From a virus (taxonomy: Duplodnaviria > Caudoviricetes), in the IMG/VR virus record IMGVR_UViG_3300020470_000058, positions 1 through 39,160 of that record: 39,160 bases of DNA. One strand, 5' to 3'. Position 1 is the stretch's first letter; each line of letters opens with the position of its first letter. A program made the translations under genes and the position numbers. Below, one piece after another: positions 1-9,723 of the stretch. The notes under the pieces are model-generated. The model saw nothing but the letters and a program-made list of their open reading frames with translations. It was not told where the DNA came from and ran no database searches.

Positions 1-137
1 TGTGTCCACTCACCTTTAAGCAATGCTTCCATTACCTTCTTATCCAACCCACATAGGTTTACAGCATTATCTACTGCTGCTCTGACTGATTCAAGACCAT
101 CAGGATATTTCGGTGTCCAATCAGAAAAATCACTCAT
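1..137 (-). CDS. hypothetical protein, truncated by window edge
   Basis: Hand translation from ATG at 137: MSDFSDWTPKYPDGLESVRAAVDNAVNLCGLDKKVMEALLKGEW..., open to the edge; ATGA overlap with the upstream ORF stop. Confidence 0.7.
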   Translation of the reverse strand, partial: MSDFSDWTPKYPDGLESVRAAVDNAVNLCGLDKKVMEALLKGEWT

Positions 138-256
138 TGTAAATACTCTACTATTTTAAGTATACCATATGCTGTGAATACTTGAGGTATAATAAATGCT
201 ACCATTGCTATAACCCAAAACACATAGTAATAGTTTTCTTTATTCTGCGTTCTCAT
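134..256 (-). CDS. small membrane protein (40 aa, not in ORF track)
   Basis: Hand translation MRTQNKENYYYVFWVIAMVAFIIPQVFTAYGILKIVEYLQ*; one hydrophobic segment; fills the gap between neighbours with overlapping ends. Confidence 0.65.
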   Translation of the reverse strand: MRTQNKENYYYVFWVIAMVAFIIPQVFTAYGILKIVEYLQ

Positions 257-590
257 TTGGTATGCCTGTAATGTCAGTTGGTAAATCTTCGTTGCCAGGA
301 TGTTCTCTTATATAACCTTTATAACTCTTCTTATTGTAGAAATGCTCTGCCTCAATATACATATCATCCCACTCATGTGGATATACTAAGACGTTAGTCT
401 CTTTATAACCATGCATACTGTTAGGATCTTCTCTCCTATTCATACTAACAGTAATATAATCATCACCAATAAAATTGATGTATCCTTCTTCACCACTCTT
501 CAACCTCACCTTCTGTCCCTTCTCAAGGGATTTGAGAATGTTTCTAACCTCCAATGGAATTGCCTCCGCTAAGAAAATAGGAATTGTCAT
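240..590 (-). CDS. hypothetical protein
   Basis: 116-aa ORF with ATGA coupling to the upstream gene; beta-rich core; no function recognised. Confidence 0.75.
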   Translation of the reverse strand: MTIPIFLAEAIPLEVRNILKSLEKGQKVRLKSGEEGYINFIGDDYITVSMNRREDPNSMHGYKETNVLVYPHEWDDMYIEAEHFYNKKSYKGYIREHPGNEDLPTDITGIPNENAE

Positions 591-1216
591 AGTTTTAAAT
601 AGTGATCTCTCTCACCATATTCACCACGCAAGATGTAGTTAAATGCCATAGAATATCTATCCTCTTTAGATAGATTCTCATTTATACTGTGTGGTAAATG
701 CGAGGGGAAGCATAATATCATCCCATCTTTAGGATATATTACTGCTTCCCTCATATTGTACTCATTATACTCTCGTACCTCAGGGTATAATGTTTGTGTA
801 CAAAATGTAGGAAACATTGCAGGTAGATGAAATACTATAGCACCTGAATCAGGTGGTACTTTAAAGTACAAAACACCACTAAACATAGCATTTGAATGAG
901 CGTGACCTGCACCTAGATCGCCAGGTACATGTTTATTAACCCATGATGATGTATGTTGTAAGTAGTGTTTAGTATCATCTATTGCCAGCACACCAAATAC
1001 ATATGCTGATAAATGTTGCTCCACAATAGTTCTAACTTCTGGTTGTGATTCCAACCATTTAGTCTCACTCATTGAACCATTATTATGACCAGCATTTTCT
1101 CTTTCAATGAAAGTATCTGGTGCTGTATTTTGAATTGCTTTGAATTTATCAGGATCTACCTGATTAATTGCCAGTGGATGTGAGAATAATTGAACTACCT
1201 GTGGATCATTTATCAT
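587..1216 (-). CDS. Fe(II)/2OG oxygenase, TIGR02466-type
   Basis: SWVN...HAHSNAMFSGVLY...FPSHLPHSI...RYSMAFN: HxH...H metal triad and RxS 2OG motif. Confidence 0.85.
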   Translation of the reverse strand: MINDPQVVQLFSHPLAINQVDPDKFKAIQNTAPDTFIERENAGHNNGSMSETKWLESQPEVRTIVEQHLSAYVFGVLAIDDTKHYLQHTSSWVNKHVPGDLGAGHAHSNAMFSGVLYFKVPPDSGAIVFHLPAMFPTFCTQTLYPEVREYNEYNMREAVIYPKDGMILCFPSHLPHSINENLSKEDRYSMAFNYILRGEYGERDHYLKL

Positions 1217-1383
1217 ATATGTTTCATGTGCAGTTTGTCAATAATTGACTCAATGATTCCTTTATCTTCTTGTGATACATCACCATGATGCTCACAAGCA
1301 TCCTTCTGATAGAAGAATAGTGCTTTCTTAAGTAACTCTTTTTGGTCGTGATCTAAGATAGCAGTTTTTAGCGACATGTACAT
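1213..1383 (-). CDS. small hypothetical protein
   Basis: Track ORF 1213..1449; a late-promoter-like AATAAATA at 1419-1426 (minus) suggests the real start is the ATG at 1383 (MYMSLKTAILD...). Confidence 0.6.
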   Translation of the reverse strand: MYMSLKTAILDHDQKELLKKALFFYQKDACEHHGDVSQEDKGIIESIIDKLHMKHI

Positions 1384-1445
1384 TTGAGAACCTTTCCCCA
1401 ATAGATCCTTTGCAGAACTATTTATTAGTATATCTAGTTTCTCAG

Positions 1446-2150
1446 TCATGTCAAGTCCAAATCCTTAACTGTGTTGGGATCAAAACCTTGGATGCCCATA
1501 TCCTCAACTGGATACTCATATGGTTCAATGCCTTTTACCTCGTGATCTTCAAATAATTTCTGTCGTATATCTGGATCCATGTACTTAAATGACATGATAT
1601 ACCTAGGTACTGGATACCTGAATGTAGGTGGTGTACCCTTGTGTGGTATTCTACCATCAAATATAACTACACGTCCTGGTTTAGGTGATATTACACGTTT
1701 TGCATTTAATTTATCGTCATAGAATATAGTCTCACCTCCAAAATTAGGATGATAATCAACATTAAGATAACATAATACTGTTTGATTATCCTCTACCCAA
1801 TATGGTGAGTCTACATGTATACCAGGAGTATCACCTGCCTTTAAACAATTAATATATGCACCATATAAATGGTCTCGTTTGGGCATATCTGGGCAAACTG
1901 CTTCCAAATATTCTAACACCTCTAGGTATAGTGGATCCTCACTTGCTTTCAATCCACCATTCTGAAAGTATGTTGGATCTGCTACTGGACAAAAATTATA
2001 TAACTGATGTGTCCAATAGTTATGAGTTATATCTATCTCTGGTCTTGATGGAGTTGGTGGATCATCAGTACGTGTAAACATATAAGGTAAGAACATTACC
2101 TTATCAAATAATTCTACTGATGCTAGTTTGGTATCATATATTCTTATCAT
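1446..2150 (-). CDS. Fe(II)/2OG oxygenase, prolyl-4-hydroxylase-like
   Basis: IHVD, GGETIFY, PKPGRVVIFDGRIPHKG...R: HxD...H triad plus distal Arg. Confidence 0.88.
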   Translation of the reverse strand: MIRIYDTKLASVELFDKVMFLPYMFTRTDDPPTPSRPEIDITHNYWTHQLYNFCPVADPTYFQNGGLKASEDPLYLEVLEYLEAVCPDMPKRDHLYGAYINCLKAGDTPGIHVDSPYWVEDNQTVLCYLNVDYHPNFGGETIFYDDKLNAKRVISPKPGRVVIFDGRIPHKGTPPTFRYPVPRYIMSFKYMDPDIRQKLFEDHEVKGIEPYEYPVEDMGIQGFDPNTVKDLDLT

Positions 2151-2836
2151 AGTTTATACCAATTTCTATCTTTAGGTTTCATGTGTTCAATACCATGTTG
2201 AATTGGTATGCTAACAGATAATCTTTTACCACTCGGTGATGCTCTGTGATATGTCCTTGGTGGTATGTATATAACATCACCAGGTTTTAATATAGTATCA
2301 ATAGCAACCTCTAGTGTATCTATTATATCAGGTTTATCATTAATCGTAAAGTCTTTCACGATTTCAGCACATCTATTTTTATATACTGTCCACTGTGTCT
2401 CTCCTTCTACCTGTATAATAAAATTACTAGGCATATCTTCATGCACTCTAAATGAACTACACTCACCTATACCTGCATACAAGTGCATAGCACATTGTCC
2501 ATTAAATATCTTTTCTACTTCTCCTAATTGCTGTTGTTTGGTACGAAATCCACTATCAAAATTATTAATAATAATATTATGTCCTTCTTTAAATGCTTTG
2601 AATACCTCTGATACATCTGCTGAATCATGTGACCATGACCTAGGATATTCATTTAATGTAAATGGTTCACCACTATCTTTCTCTAAGAATATTATTTGAT
2701 AGGATTGTGGGTTATTCATACAATACTCAAGATCATCCCATGATGCTAACTCACCAGGATTATCTACCACACCCTCCCATAGTTGTGGTGTGTCATCTTT
2801 ATACCATTCTTTATCTAATCTATGCAAAAAGATCAT
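2147..2836 (-). CDS. JmjC/cupin-4 (YcfD/ROXA-like) protein hydroxylase
   Basis: HLYAG...FRVHEDMPSNFIIQVEGETQWTVY...LKPGDVIYIPPRTYHRA...RLSVSI; ATG at 2836 preferred over TTG at 2848. Confidence 0.85.
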   Translation of the reverse strand: MIFLHRLDKEWYKDDTPQLWEGVVDNPGELASWDDLEYCMNNPQSYQIIFLEKDSGEPFTLNEYPRSWSHDSADVSEVFKAFKEGHNIIINNFDSGFRTKQQQLGEVEKIFNGQCAMHLYAGIGECSSFRVHEDMPSNFIIQVEGETQWTVYKNRCAEIVKDFTINDKPDIIDTLEVAIDTILKPGDVIYIPPRTYHRASPSGKRLSVSIPIQHGIEHMKPKDRNWYKL

Positions 2837-3476
2837 GCTCACATTCAAAATTAAAGTTGATTGCTACTCTAAATTTATCCTCTATTGATGGATTAGATGA
2901 AGCATGGAAGTTATGTCCATCAAATGCAAATAATCTATTTGCTTTAGGTGTTACTCTCTTAGCAATATGATATTCTTGTGTCCTTGCTCTCCACCATCTA
3001 TCTTCTAATGTACCTTGAGTAGGATCATCATACTCTTCAAAGAATACAGTATCACCACTACAATCATGCAAATAAAATAACGCAGCATAATGATCCTTCT
3101 CTGAATCAGTATGTGGTGCGTTGTGTTGCATTGGATCCTTACCCATTGGTAAGGTTAATGCCATTCTAACTCGTGTAAACTGTACTGGGTGTGGCATAGC
3201 ATCACTAACACTATCCATTAATGGTAAAAATAATGGTAGGTATGGACTCTCTACACCCTCTTGATCTAATAATACATGTACAAAACCTGTTGACTTCTGT
3301 GCCTGTGGTATGTCCATTAAATTATTATCACCAAATTTAAAATCTGACGATGAATCATATGATATATCCTCAGACAAGAAGTACCAAGGAAATCCATTCA
3401 TCCCAAATGTTAAATCACATAGGCGAGAGAGATAAGCGGGAGTTATTAGATTTTCTTTTTGGATAAACTTCATCAT
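2820..3476 (-). CDS. Fe(II)/2OG oxygenase
   Basis: PHTD...ALFYLHDCSGDTVFF...PKANRLFAFDGHNFHASSNP...RVAINFN; likely start MMKFIQKEN at 3476. Confidence 0.85.
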   Translation of the reverse strand: MMKFIQKENLITPAYLSRLCDLTFGMNGFPWYFLSEDISYDSSSDFKFGDNNLMDIPQAQKSTGFVHVLLDQEGVESPYLPLFLPLMDSVSDAMPHPVQFTRVRMALTLPMGKDPMQHNAPHTDSEKDHYAALFYLHDCSGDTVFFEEYDDPTQGTLEDRWWRARTQEYHIAKRVTPKANRLFAFDGHNFHASSNPSIEDKFRVAINFNFECEHDLFA

Positions 3477-4116
3477 TAATATACAAATCAGAGAATACAT
3501 GAATATTAAATGAGATAGAGATTCTATCTTCATCACTAGCACTCCTACCAACCATGTGTAATAACCATGCAGGAAATAATATTAATTTATTATCTGCTGG
3601 TGGGAATGTGGCATCCATATAATTATGTTCCTTCTCATACCTATCAAAGTTTTCATCACAACCCCAATACTCTTTAAGATTTTGTTGTATAGGATCTCTC
3701 TGGAATGATAATTCACCACAACAACAAGGTGGTACCTTCACATAATATACACCTGACATTATACATCCACAATGTGTATGTAAATGATTGAAACTTCCCT
3801 TCTTATTAATGTTGATCCACATGTTAGACATGCTTAATCTATAAGATTGGAATCCCCAATCATCTGCTGATTGGTACGCCACGTCCATGATCTTATCATG
3901 CAGTGGTTTTAATTCAGTTTCGCCTATAGGTGGATACCCTCCAGATTGAATTAATTTGAAGTCTCCAGACTGCCATCCTCCATCATTGGATGCTTTACGT
4001 CCAACATCATCTTGTTCTCTGGCATAATAACAAAACTCTTCTAATTTCTTGACATCTAACTTACAATCATCCTCTACCCATACAGGTGTTGGAAATAATA
4101 ATTCAGTCTTCATCAT
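3415..4116 (-). CDS. Fe(II)/2OG oxygenase, TIGR02466-type
   Basis: LFPTPVW...SNDGGWQS...WININKKGSFNHLHTH...SGVYY...FPAWLLHMV...RISISFN; likely start MMKTELLF at 4116. Confidence 0.88.
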   Translation of the reverse strand: MMKTELLFPTPVWVEDDCKLDVKKLEEFCYYAREQDDVGRKASNDGGWQSGDFKLIQSGGYPPIGETELKPLHDKIMDVAYQSADDWGFQSYRLSMSNMWININKKGSFNHLHTHCGCIMSGVYYVKVPPCCCGELSFQRDPIQQNLKEYWGCDENFDRYEKEHNYMDATFPPADNKLILFPAWLLHMVGRSASDEDRISISFNIHVFSDLYINDEVYPKRKSNNSRLSLSPM

Positions 4117-4447
4117 TAAATACGAAATCTCTTTCAGTGCAGTTGGGATCAACGTGCTTCTTATATAATGCTAGTGCTTCAACTGCACCTGCTAGTTTAT
4201 TAAGCAAGTCTTTCTTAGTCTGCAATTCTTCTAGTGATATCTTAGTGATAGTACTAGTATAGTGCATGTTGTCCAATGCTTCTTGAAGTTTTTGATACTC
4301 CTCTTTAGCAGTTTGGTGTTGTTGTAAGAAGTTCATCACTAACTCATCAAATGTAATAAGTCCAGTGATCTCATTTACTTCTTTGTCTTTTTCCTTAGTT
4401 ATTCCTGCCTCTTGAGCAAGATCAACTACTGTGGTATCTTCTGGCAT
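4103..4447 (-). CDS. hypothetical coiled-coil protein
   Basis: 114 aa with heptad-like helices (EEYQKLQEALDN, LEELQTKKDLLNKLAGAVEAL); TAATG coupling at 4447. Confidence 0.75.
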   Translation of the reverse strand: MPEDTTVVDLAQEAGITKEKDKEVNEITGLITFDELVMNFLQQHQTAKEEYQKLQEALDNMHYTSTITKISLEELQTKKDLLNKLAGAVEALALYKKHVDPNCTERDFVFNDED

Positions 4448-5346
4448 TAATCGAACCTCTCTTTGTTTTTATTTAGGTCTAAAATTTGCTTTTGTCTATC
4501 GATCCTTTCACCTAATGACGTTAACTCAGTAAAGTGCATGTATCTATTATAGTCCATCATCTTATTGTTACGTCTGTCCTCATCATTAGCGTCCTCTATT
4601 ATAACATCAATTTCATTATTTTCAAGGTACTTACGATGAAATGGTATCCATTGTGCTAATGGTGTACCTGCCTCGATAATATATTCTTTCTCTTCACCTG
4701 GTTCAGTTTGTGCATGCCAGAATATTTGCATGTTAACTTCATATGAGTATGCTGGATCCACTATACCAGTTGCTATTGTAAATCTATCATCCTCATAATA
4801 TGGTACAGGTATTTGTAAGAATACTATATCTTTATGTGCTTGGACTCTCCAAGGTAATTCAAGTTTAACAGTAGTATCCAATGCCTTATATGGTGCTGGT
4901 GCTACAAAATCTCTCATACCCTCTGTTTGCTCTGGTACGTGTGCCTTAACATAAGTAGGTCCACCAGTATCAAACATTATCTGTGCCAACCATCCAAAAT
5001 CTTTACCATCACCATGTGTCTTCAATAAGAAATCTGCTGGTGCCACTACACACCATCCAGTATGAAATAGTTTCTGAATTGCTGGACATGTTACTGCATG
5101 TTGGAATAAACCATCATACTTATCATGTTGATCCTCATGGTTCAATTTGAAATTATAATGCTCCCACAAGTTTTTAATTTTCATTGCAGGGCATTTAACT
5201 TCCTTATTATAATATTTTTGTATAGCATCCTTAGTCCACTTCCTTTTAACTTTACTCGCAGGAATCCAAGGATTTAACTGTGCAACACCTGGTTGCATTG
5301 AATAAAATCTTACCCAAGGTTTCTTCTTTTTGAATGGATTAAACAT
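4447..5346 (-). CDS. DUF6065-like / degenerate dUTPase-fold protein
   Basis: TCPAI...TGWCVVAPADF...KLELPW...RFTIATGIVD...IIEAGTPLAQWIPF pattern; canonical dUTPase catalytic motifs are not evident. Confidence 0.55.
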   Translation of the reverse strand: MFNPFKKKKPWVRFYSMQPGVAQLNPWIPASKVKRKWTKDAIQKYYNKEVKCPAMKIKNLWEHYNFKLNHEDQHDKYDGLFQHAVTCPAIQKLFHTGWCVVAPADFLLKTHGDGKDFGWLAQIMFDTGGPTYVKAHVPEQTEGMRDFVAPAPYKALDTTVKLELPWRVQAHKDIVFLQIPVPYYEDDRFTIATGIVDPAYSYEVNMQIFWHAQTEPGEEKEYIIEAGTPLAQWIPFHRKYLENNEIDVIIEDANDEDRRNNKMMDYNRYMHFTELTSLGERIDRQKQILDLNKNKERFD

Positions 5347-6937
5347 AGATGTGTTCCTTTAAATATTCGTAGTGGGATGGTTGTTTACTCACCCAGTCTA
5401 ACATAATTTCTTTGTCTGTTTGATATGCTTTGTGTGCATCTCTGACTGCTTGTAATGCTCCTTCTTCATGAGATCTTTTCTCTTTGAAAAATGCTTCACT
5501 TATTGGTCGGACTCCCATACCAGCAGTAATGTATATAGTCCCTTCACCCATGTTATCTGACTCCCATGTCTTCATCTCTAATGAATCAAGTAAGTTTCTA
5601 TAGTCATTAAGACCTATTAGGGTTGCTTCATTTATACCATGTTCAAATTTACCGAATTCAATAGTCTCGGTACAATCTCTCCAGTATTGTGTATCATCAC
5701 GACAACTCAGAGTATAATGTAGAGTCACAAAATTCTTCATGCTCTCAATTATCTTCTCAGTTTGATGATTGAATACATCCCTATCATGTTTGGTAACTAT
5801 ACGATCACGTTGTGATAGTGTATCTGATAATAATATCAGATTTTCATGAGTGGTCATCAACCCTGTTGATTCTAATGGTTCTAAGAATCCATACGCTAGT
5901 CCAATACCAACTACATTCTTAGTCCATGCTACATCATGCCGACCATGTTTTATTTTGATGGGCATTAATGGGCAATCCTGGTCATTTAGATATTCTCTAA
6001 ATTCCAACTCTGCCTCACACTGATTAATATATTTACTAGAGTATACATATCCAGTACCTATATTATTCCACATTGGTATATTATACACCCATCCGTTGTT
6101 CATTGCAACACAATCAGTGTAACAATGCATCTCTGTTTCTTTATCCTTATAATCTATGTGTGTTACCAATGCACTATCATTGAATAACATATCATTAAAT
6201 GGTACAAAGTCAACACCCATGTGTGTCTCAAGTAATAGAGATCTAAACCCTGTGCAATCTATAAAGAGATCAGCACTAATACATCCACCATCTAATGTGA
6301 TAACAGATTTAATATAACCTTCTGGTGTCTTAATAATATTATGGACATCACCCTTAATATGATGCACACCATTTGGTACTGCAATATTATCTCTGAGATA
6401 CTCACCAAACTTATCAGCATTCAAATGATATGAAGTATCATTATCAAGATCCCAATTAGATTCTTCTCTATCTAATATACCTGGCATTTCTCGTGTCATA
6501 ATACCTGCATCTGCTAGGTATGTCTGTCTATTAATAAACTGTGCAAACTCTTCTGGTGGATACTTATCTTTACCATACATGCACTGCAATTCAAAGAATC
6601 TCATTATCCATGTATCCATGCGATCCATATCACCTTCACGATCCATATCACCAAATGGATACTGGAATGCTTCACCCTTACCATCCCTAAAATTTTTAAA
6701 ACGAATAGATGCTTTGTACGTAGCATTACAGGATGGCATCCAATCCTCATCCTTTAATTCTAATCTCTTTAGAAATCTATTGAAATGTTGTAGAGTAGAT
6801 TCTCCTACACCTATAGGTTTAATATTATCTGATTCTATTAATGCTATTTCTAAGTCTGGATGTTCATGTGATAGTAATGCTGCTGACATCCAACCAGCAC
6901 TACCACCTCCTACAATACAAATAGATTCAACTCGCAT
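5339..6937 (-). CDS. flavin-dependent halogenase (tryptophan halogenase/PrnA family)
   Basis: IVGGGSAGW FAD loop, GVGEST, ATYK (catalytic Lys position), DLFIDCTGF, WVYNIP (WxWxIP variant), GFLEPLESTG. Confidence 0.92.
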   Translation of the reverse strand: MRVESICIVGGGSAGWMSAALLSHEHPDLEIALIESDNIKPIGVGESTLQHFNRFLKRLELKDEDWMPSCNATYKASIRFKNFRDGKGEAFQYPFGDMDREGDMDRMDTWIMRFFELQCMYGKDKYPPEEFAQFINRQTYLADAGIMTREMPGILDREESNWDLDNDTSYHLNADKFGEYLRDNIAVPNGVHHIKGDVHNIIKTPEGYIKSVITLDGGCISADLFIDCTGFRSLLLETHMGVDFVPFNDMLFNDSALVTHIDYKDKETEMHCYTDCVAMNNGWVYNIPMWNNIGTGYVYSSKYINQCEAELEFREYLNDQDCPLMPIKIKHGRHDVAWTKNVVGIGLAYGFLEPLESTGLMTTHENLILLSDTLSQRDRIVTKHDRDVFNHQTEKIIESMKNFVTLHYTLSCRDDTQYWRDCTETIEFGKFEHGINEATLIGLNDYRNLLDSLEMKTWESDNMGEGTIYITAGMGVRPISEAFFKEKRSHEEGALQAVRDAHKAYQTDKEIMLDWVSKQPSHYEYLKEHIYV

Positions 6938-8396
6938 AAATTGTGTCCTGATAATATTCGTAAGGTGTTTGCATCTTATCTATTTCACTTTGATCCCAAC
7001 TAGGATCATCATACTCATCTACATGAGCATCAAGGAAATTCATTTCTGATTCAACTACATCATTAAATGGATTCCAACCATGTCCTGACATTATATAAAA
7101 TAATGCTTCAGATGCTAAGTTATGCCATGAATATTTGTCAGCAAAATTAGCAGAATCCTCCATATAATTTATCTGAGTTGATGATAAGAAATCATCATAA
7201 GGATATCTTATCTTACTTACATATCTCCAATAATCTGTATCATCACGTTGTGTCATAGAATAGTGAGATGCAACAAATGCTGCAAATCCATCAAACTTAT
7301 AATTACAATGGTTATTAAATGTATCTCTCATAAACTGAGTTACATTAGTCCTATTCTGCATCACACGTATGAAATATAATAGGAAGTTATGTATCGATAG
7401 TAATCCATTAGATTCTAATGGTTCAACAAAACCAGCAGATAATCCTATTGATACTACATCATCTTTCCATATCTCTTCTCTTCTACCAGTCTTAAACTTA
7501 ATTTGACGGAACATCTTGTCAGTATATAATCCAGCATCACTCTGCACATTATCTGCCAGATAATCCCTAAACTCTTTAATTGCTTGTTTCTTAGTTAGAA
7601 ACTTATCACAATAAACATATCCTGTACCAATAGTATCCCATGTTGGTACATTCCATACCCACCCACTACTTAATGCTGTGCAATCAGTAACAGGTTTAAT
7701 CTGTTCATTCTTATCATCATAATGTACACGTGTAACTATAGCACTATTATTAGGTAACCAATCTTGGAATGATTTCCAAGGTGATTTATTTAATAGTGAT
7801 TTGAATCCTGTGCAGTCAAAATATAGATCTGAATTATTATCTGGTTTACCTTCTAATGTCTCTAGTTTATGAATAACACCTGCTGGTTTGCATACCTCAT
7901 CTCTTAGGAAGTTAGCAAACTTAACTGCATTGAAATGAAATCCACTAAACTTTCTTAATTGGAAATACTTCTCAGCATATTCTCCCACAGGCAATTTATT
8001 TTGGTTAGAGCATTCTGCTGATAGGCAATAGTCTGGTGAGAATTTACTATTACTCCATCCTCTCTTATATGCGTACCAAAACCAATAATCTGGTGGATAT
8101 ATATCCTCTCTTGGTGTACCAAAAGGATACTGCCAAGGATCATCACCCTTCTGATGAAAATTATGAAATCTTACACTAACTTTATATGTTGCATCACATT
8201 TCTTCATCCAGTCTTCATCTTGAAGACCAATATAATTTAACCAATAACGAAAAAATTGTGTAGTAGACTCACCTACTCCTGTTGCTGGAGTATCGGGAGA
8301 CTCATACACAATAATTGTAGAATCTGGATATGCTTTATTAAGTGTCGCTGCGGTCATCCAACCAGCAGTGCCACCTCCCACTACAGTAAATTTCAT
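6927..8396 (-). CDS. flavin-dependent halogenase (tryptophan halogenase/PrnA family)
   Basis: VVGGGTAGW, GVGEST, ATYK, DLYFDCTGF, WVWNVP, GFVEPLESNG. Confidence 0.92.
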   Translation of the reverse strand: MKFTVVGGGTAGWMTAATLNKAYPDSTIIVYESPDTPATGVGESTTQFFRYWLNYIGLQDEDWMKKCDATYKVSVRFHNFHQKGDDPWQYPFGTPREDIYPPDYWFWYAYKRGWSNSKFSPDYCLSAECSNQNKLPVGEYAEKYFQLRKFSGFHFNAVKFANFLRDEVCKPAGVIHKLETLEGKPDNNSDLYFDCTGFKSLLNKSPWKSFQDWLPNNSAIVTRVHYDDKNEQIKPVTDCTALSSGWVWNVPTWDTIGTGYVYCDKFLTKKQAIKEFRDYLADNVQSDAGLYTDKMFRQIKFKTGRREEIWKDDVVSIGLSAGFVEPLESNGLLSIHNFLLYFIRVMQNRTNVTQFMRDTFNNHCNYKFDGFAAFVASHYSMTQRDDTDYWRYVSKIRYPYDDFLSSTQINYMEDSANFADKYSWHNLASEALFYIMSGHGWNPFNDVVESEMNFLDAHVDEYDDPSWDQSEIDKMQTPYEYYQDTIYAS

Positions 8397-8425
8397 AACA
8401 AAGTTATAGTCTAATTATTTTACCG

Positions 8426-8866
8426 TCAAGGTGACCAGTTGTCAACCCAAGGATCCCATGCATCACGACCCTCTAGTTGTACTTTCTTAGGATCTTGTAC
8501 AAATGCTGGAATTGTAGATGGTTTAGTAACCGTTTCCTTTACATTCTTGACATGGTTGAACCACTCAGCATCTGCTCCAGCAAGATCTTTACCAGCAGCA
8601 AGATCTCGGTATAGCATATCCATCTGCTCACCTTGATCGCCATATCCTAAGATACGCTCAACTACTGCATCTTCTCTTAAATCTTCATTTTCTGATCTAT
8701 GTACAACCACACCATTAATCATAGCATGCTCGTATGTAGTATCATCTGGCACTTCACACCACTTTAATTCAGCGTCAGCACCTTCATATATTTCAAATTT
8801 ATCTGCTTCATCGCAGATATCAGATAACGCACCACTTACTCTTGATACGATTGCCCATTTAGCCAT
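8426..8866 (-). CDS. putative tail-fibre assembly chaperone-like protein
   Basis: R..GY....EQMDMLY..D....W..H...VK....KP pattern of small proteins that follow marine phage fibre genes; sits directly after the three Gly-rich genes. Confidence 0.5.
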   Translation of the reverse strand: MAKWAIVSRVSGALSDICDEADKFEIYEGADAELKWCEVPDDTTYEHAMINGVVVHRSENEDLREDAVVERILGYGDQGEQMDMLYRDLAAGKDLAGADAEWFNHVKNVKETVTKPSTIPAFVQDPKKVQLEGRDAWDPWVDNWSP

Positions 8867-8890
8867 GATAGTTTAATACTCCTGTTTAGT

Positions 8891-8897
8891 TATTTAG
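8891..8897 (-). promoter_or_regulatory. T4-type late promoter variant (CTAAATA)
   Basis: Plus-strand TATTTAG, 25 nt upstream of the ATG at 8866. Confidence 0.55.
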
Positions 8898-9719
8898 TTA
8901 TCCAGCGTATTCGTAAACTACGACCACACCTTCTCGACCTCTGGCACCTCGGTTGCCAAATCTTGCTCCATTACCACCAGCACCCCATGCAGCATGTGAC
9001 TGATGTCTATGAGCATAGTTTGACTGTTGATGAGATGCAGGTTGACTGCCACCCCAATAAGAAGCACCAGCACTATGGTTACCATATTTAGCCCATCCAC
9101 CATATCCATGACCACCTCCACCGTAGGCATTCATGTTACCACCAGAACCATTTCCTCCGATTCCACCAGCGTGTTGGGATCTACAGTTTGCACCGTATCC
9201 TCCAGATGCACTGCAATGACTACCAAAACTTGAAGAGTTTCCTCCACCACCACATCCAGAGTATCCAGCACCACCACCTGGGTTACCAACTGATACTGAT
9301 ACTGAGGAAATATTACTTACATCAATTACTTTTCTTGAGCAACCACCAGCACCACCTGACTCAGCATTACCTGAACCACCGCCACCAGCACCTACTACAA
9401 TTACTTGAATAGATTTAACATTACTTGGTCTATTCCATGTACCATTCGATGTCCATACTTGCATCGAGTTAAATCCAGCAGCACCACCTCCAGCAGATAT
9501 CTCACTAGACCATGTTAGATTGGTACCATTATTACTTAAAAATTTACCTGACTGACCACTCATAGATGGGATAATATAGTCAGATCCACCAGTAATACTA
9601 CCGTTAATGTTGATATTATCTACTCTAAGAGTTCCATTCGCAGTGATAGATCCACTGGTGAATGTAAATCCTCCCAGTCCAGTAATATCTGCAACACTAG
9701 CAACTTTTAAAACACTCAT
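8898..9719 (-). CDS. Gly-rich fibre-tip/adhesin-like virion protein, paralogue C
   Basis: Likely start MSVLKVASV at 9719; short fibre N-terminus, SGKFLSNNGTNLTW linker, WTSNGTWNRP...VVGAGGGG Gly-rich domain, YAHRHQSHAAW. Confidence 0.75.
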   Translation of the reverse strand: MSVLKVASVADITGLGGFTFTSGSITANGTLRVDNININGSITGGSDYIIPSMSGQSGKFLSNNGTNLTWSSEISAGGGAAGFNSMQVWTSNGTWNRPSNVKSIQVIVVGAGGGGSGNAESGGAGGCSRKVIDVSNISSVSVSVGNPGGGAGYSGCGGGGNSSSFGSHCSASGGYGANCRSQHAGGIGGNGSGGNMNAYGGGGHGYGGWAKYGNHSAGASYWGGSQPASHQQSNYAHRHQSHAAWGAGGNGARFGNRGARGREGVVVVYEYAG

Positions 9720-9723
9720 AATA

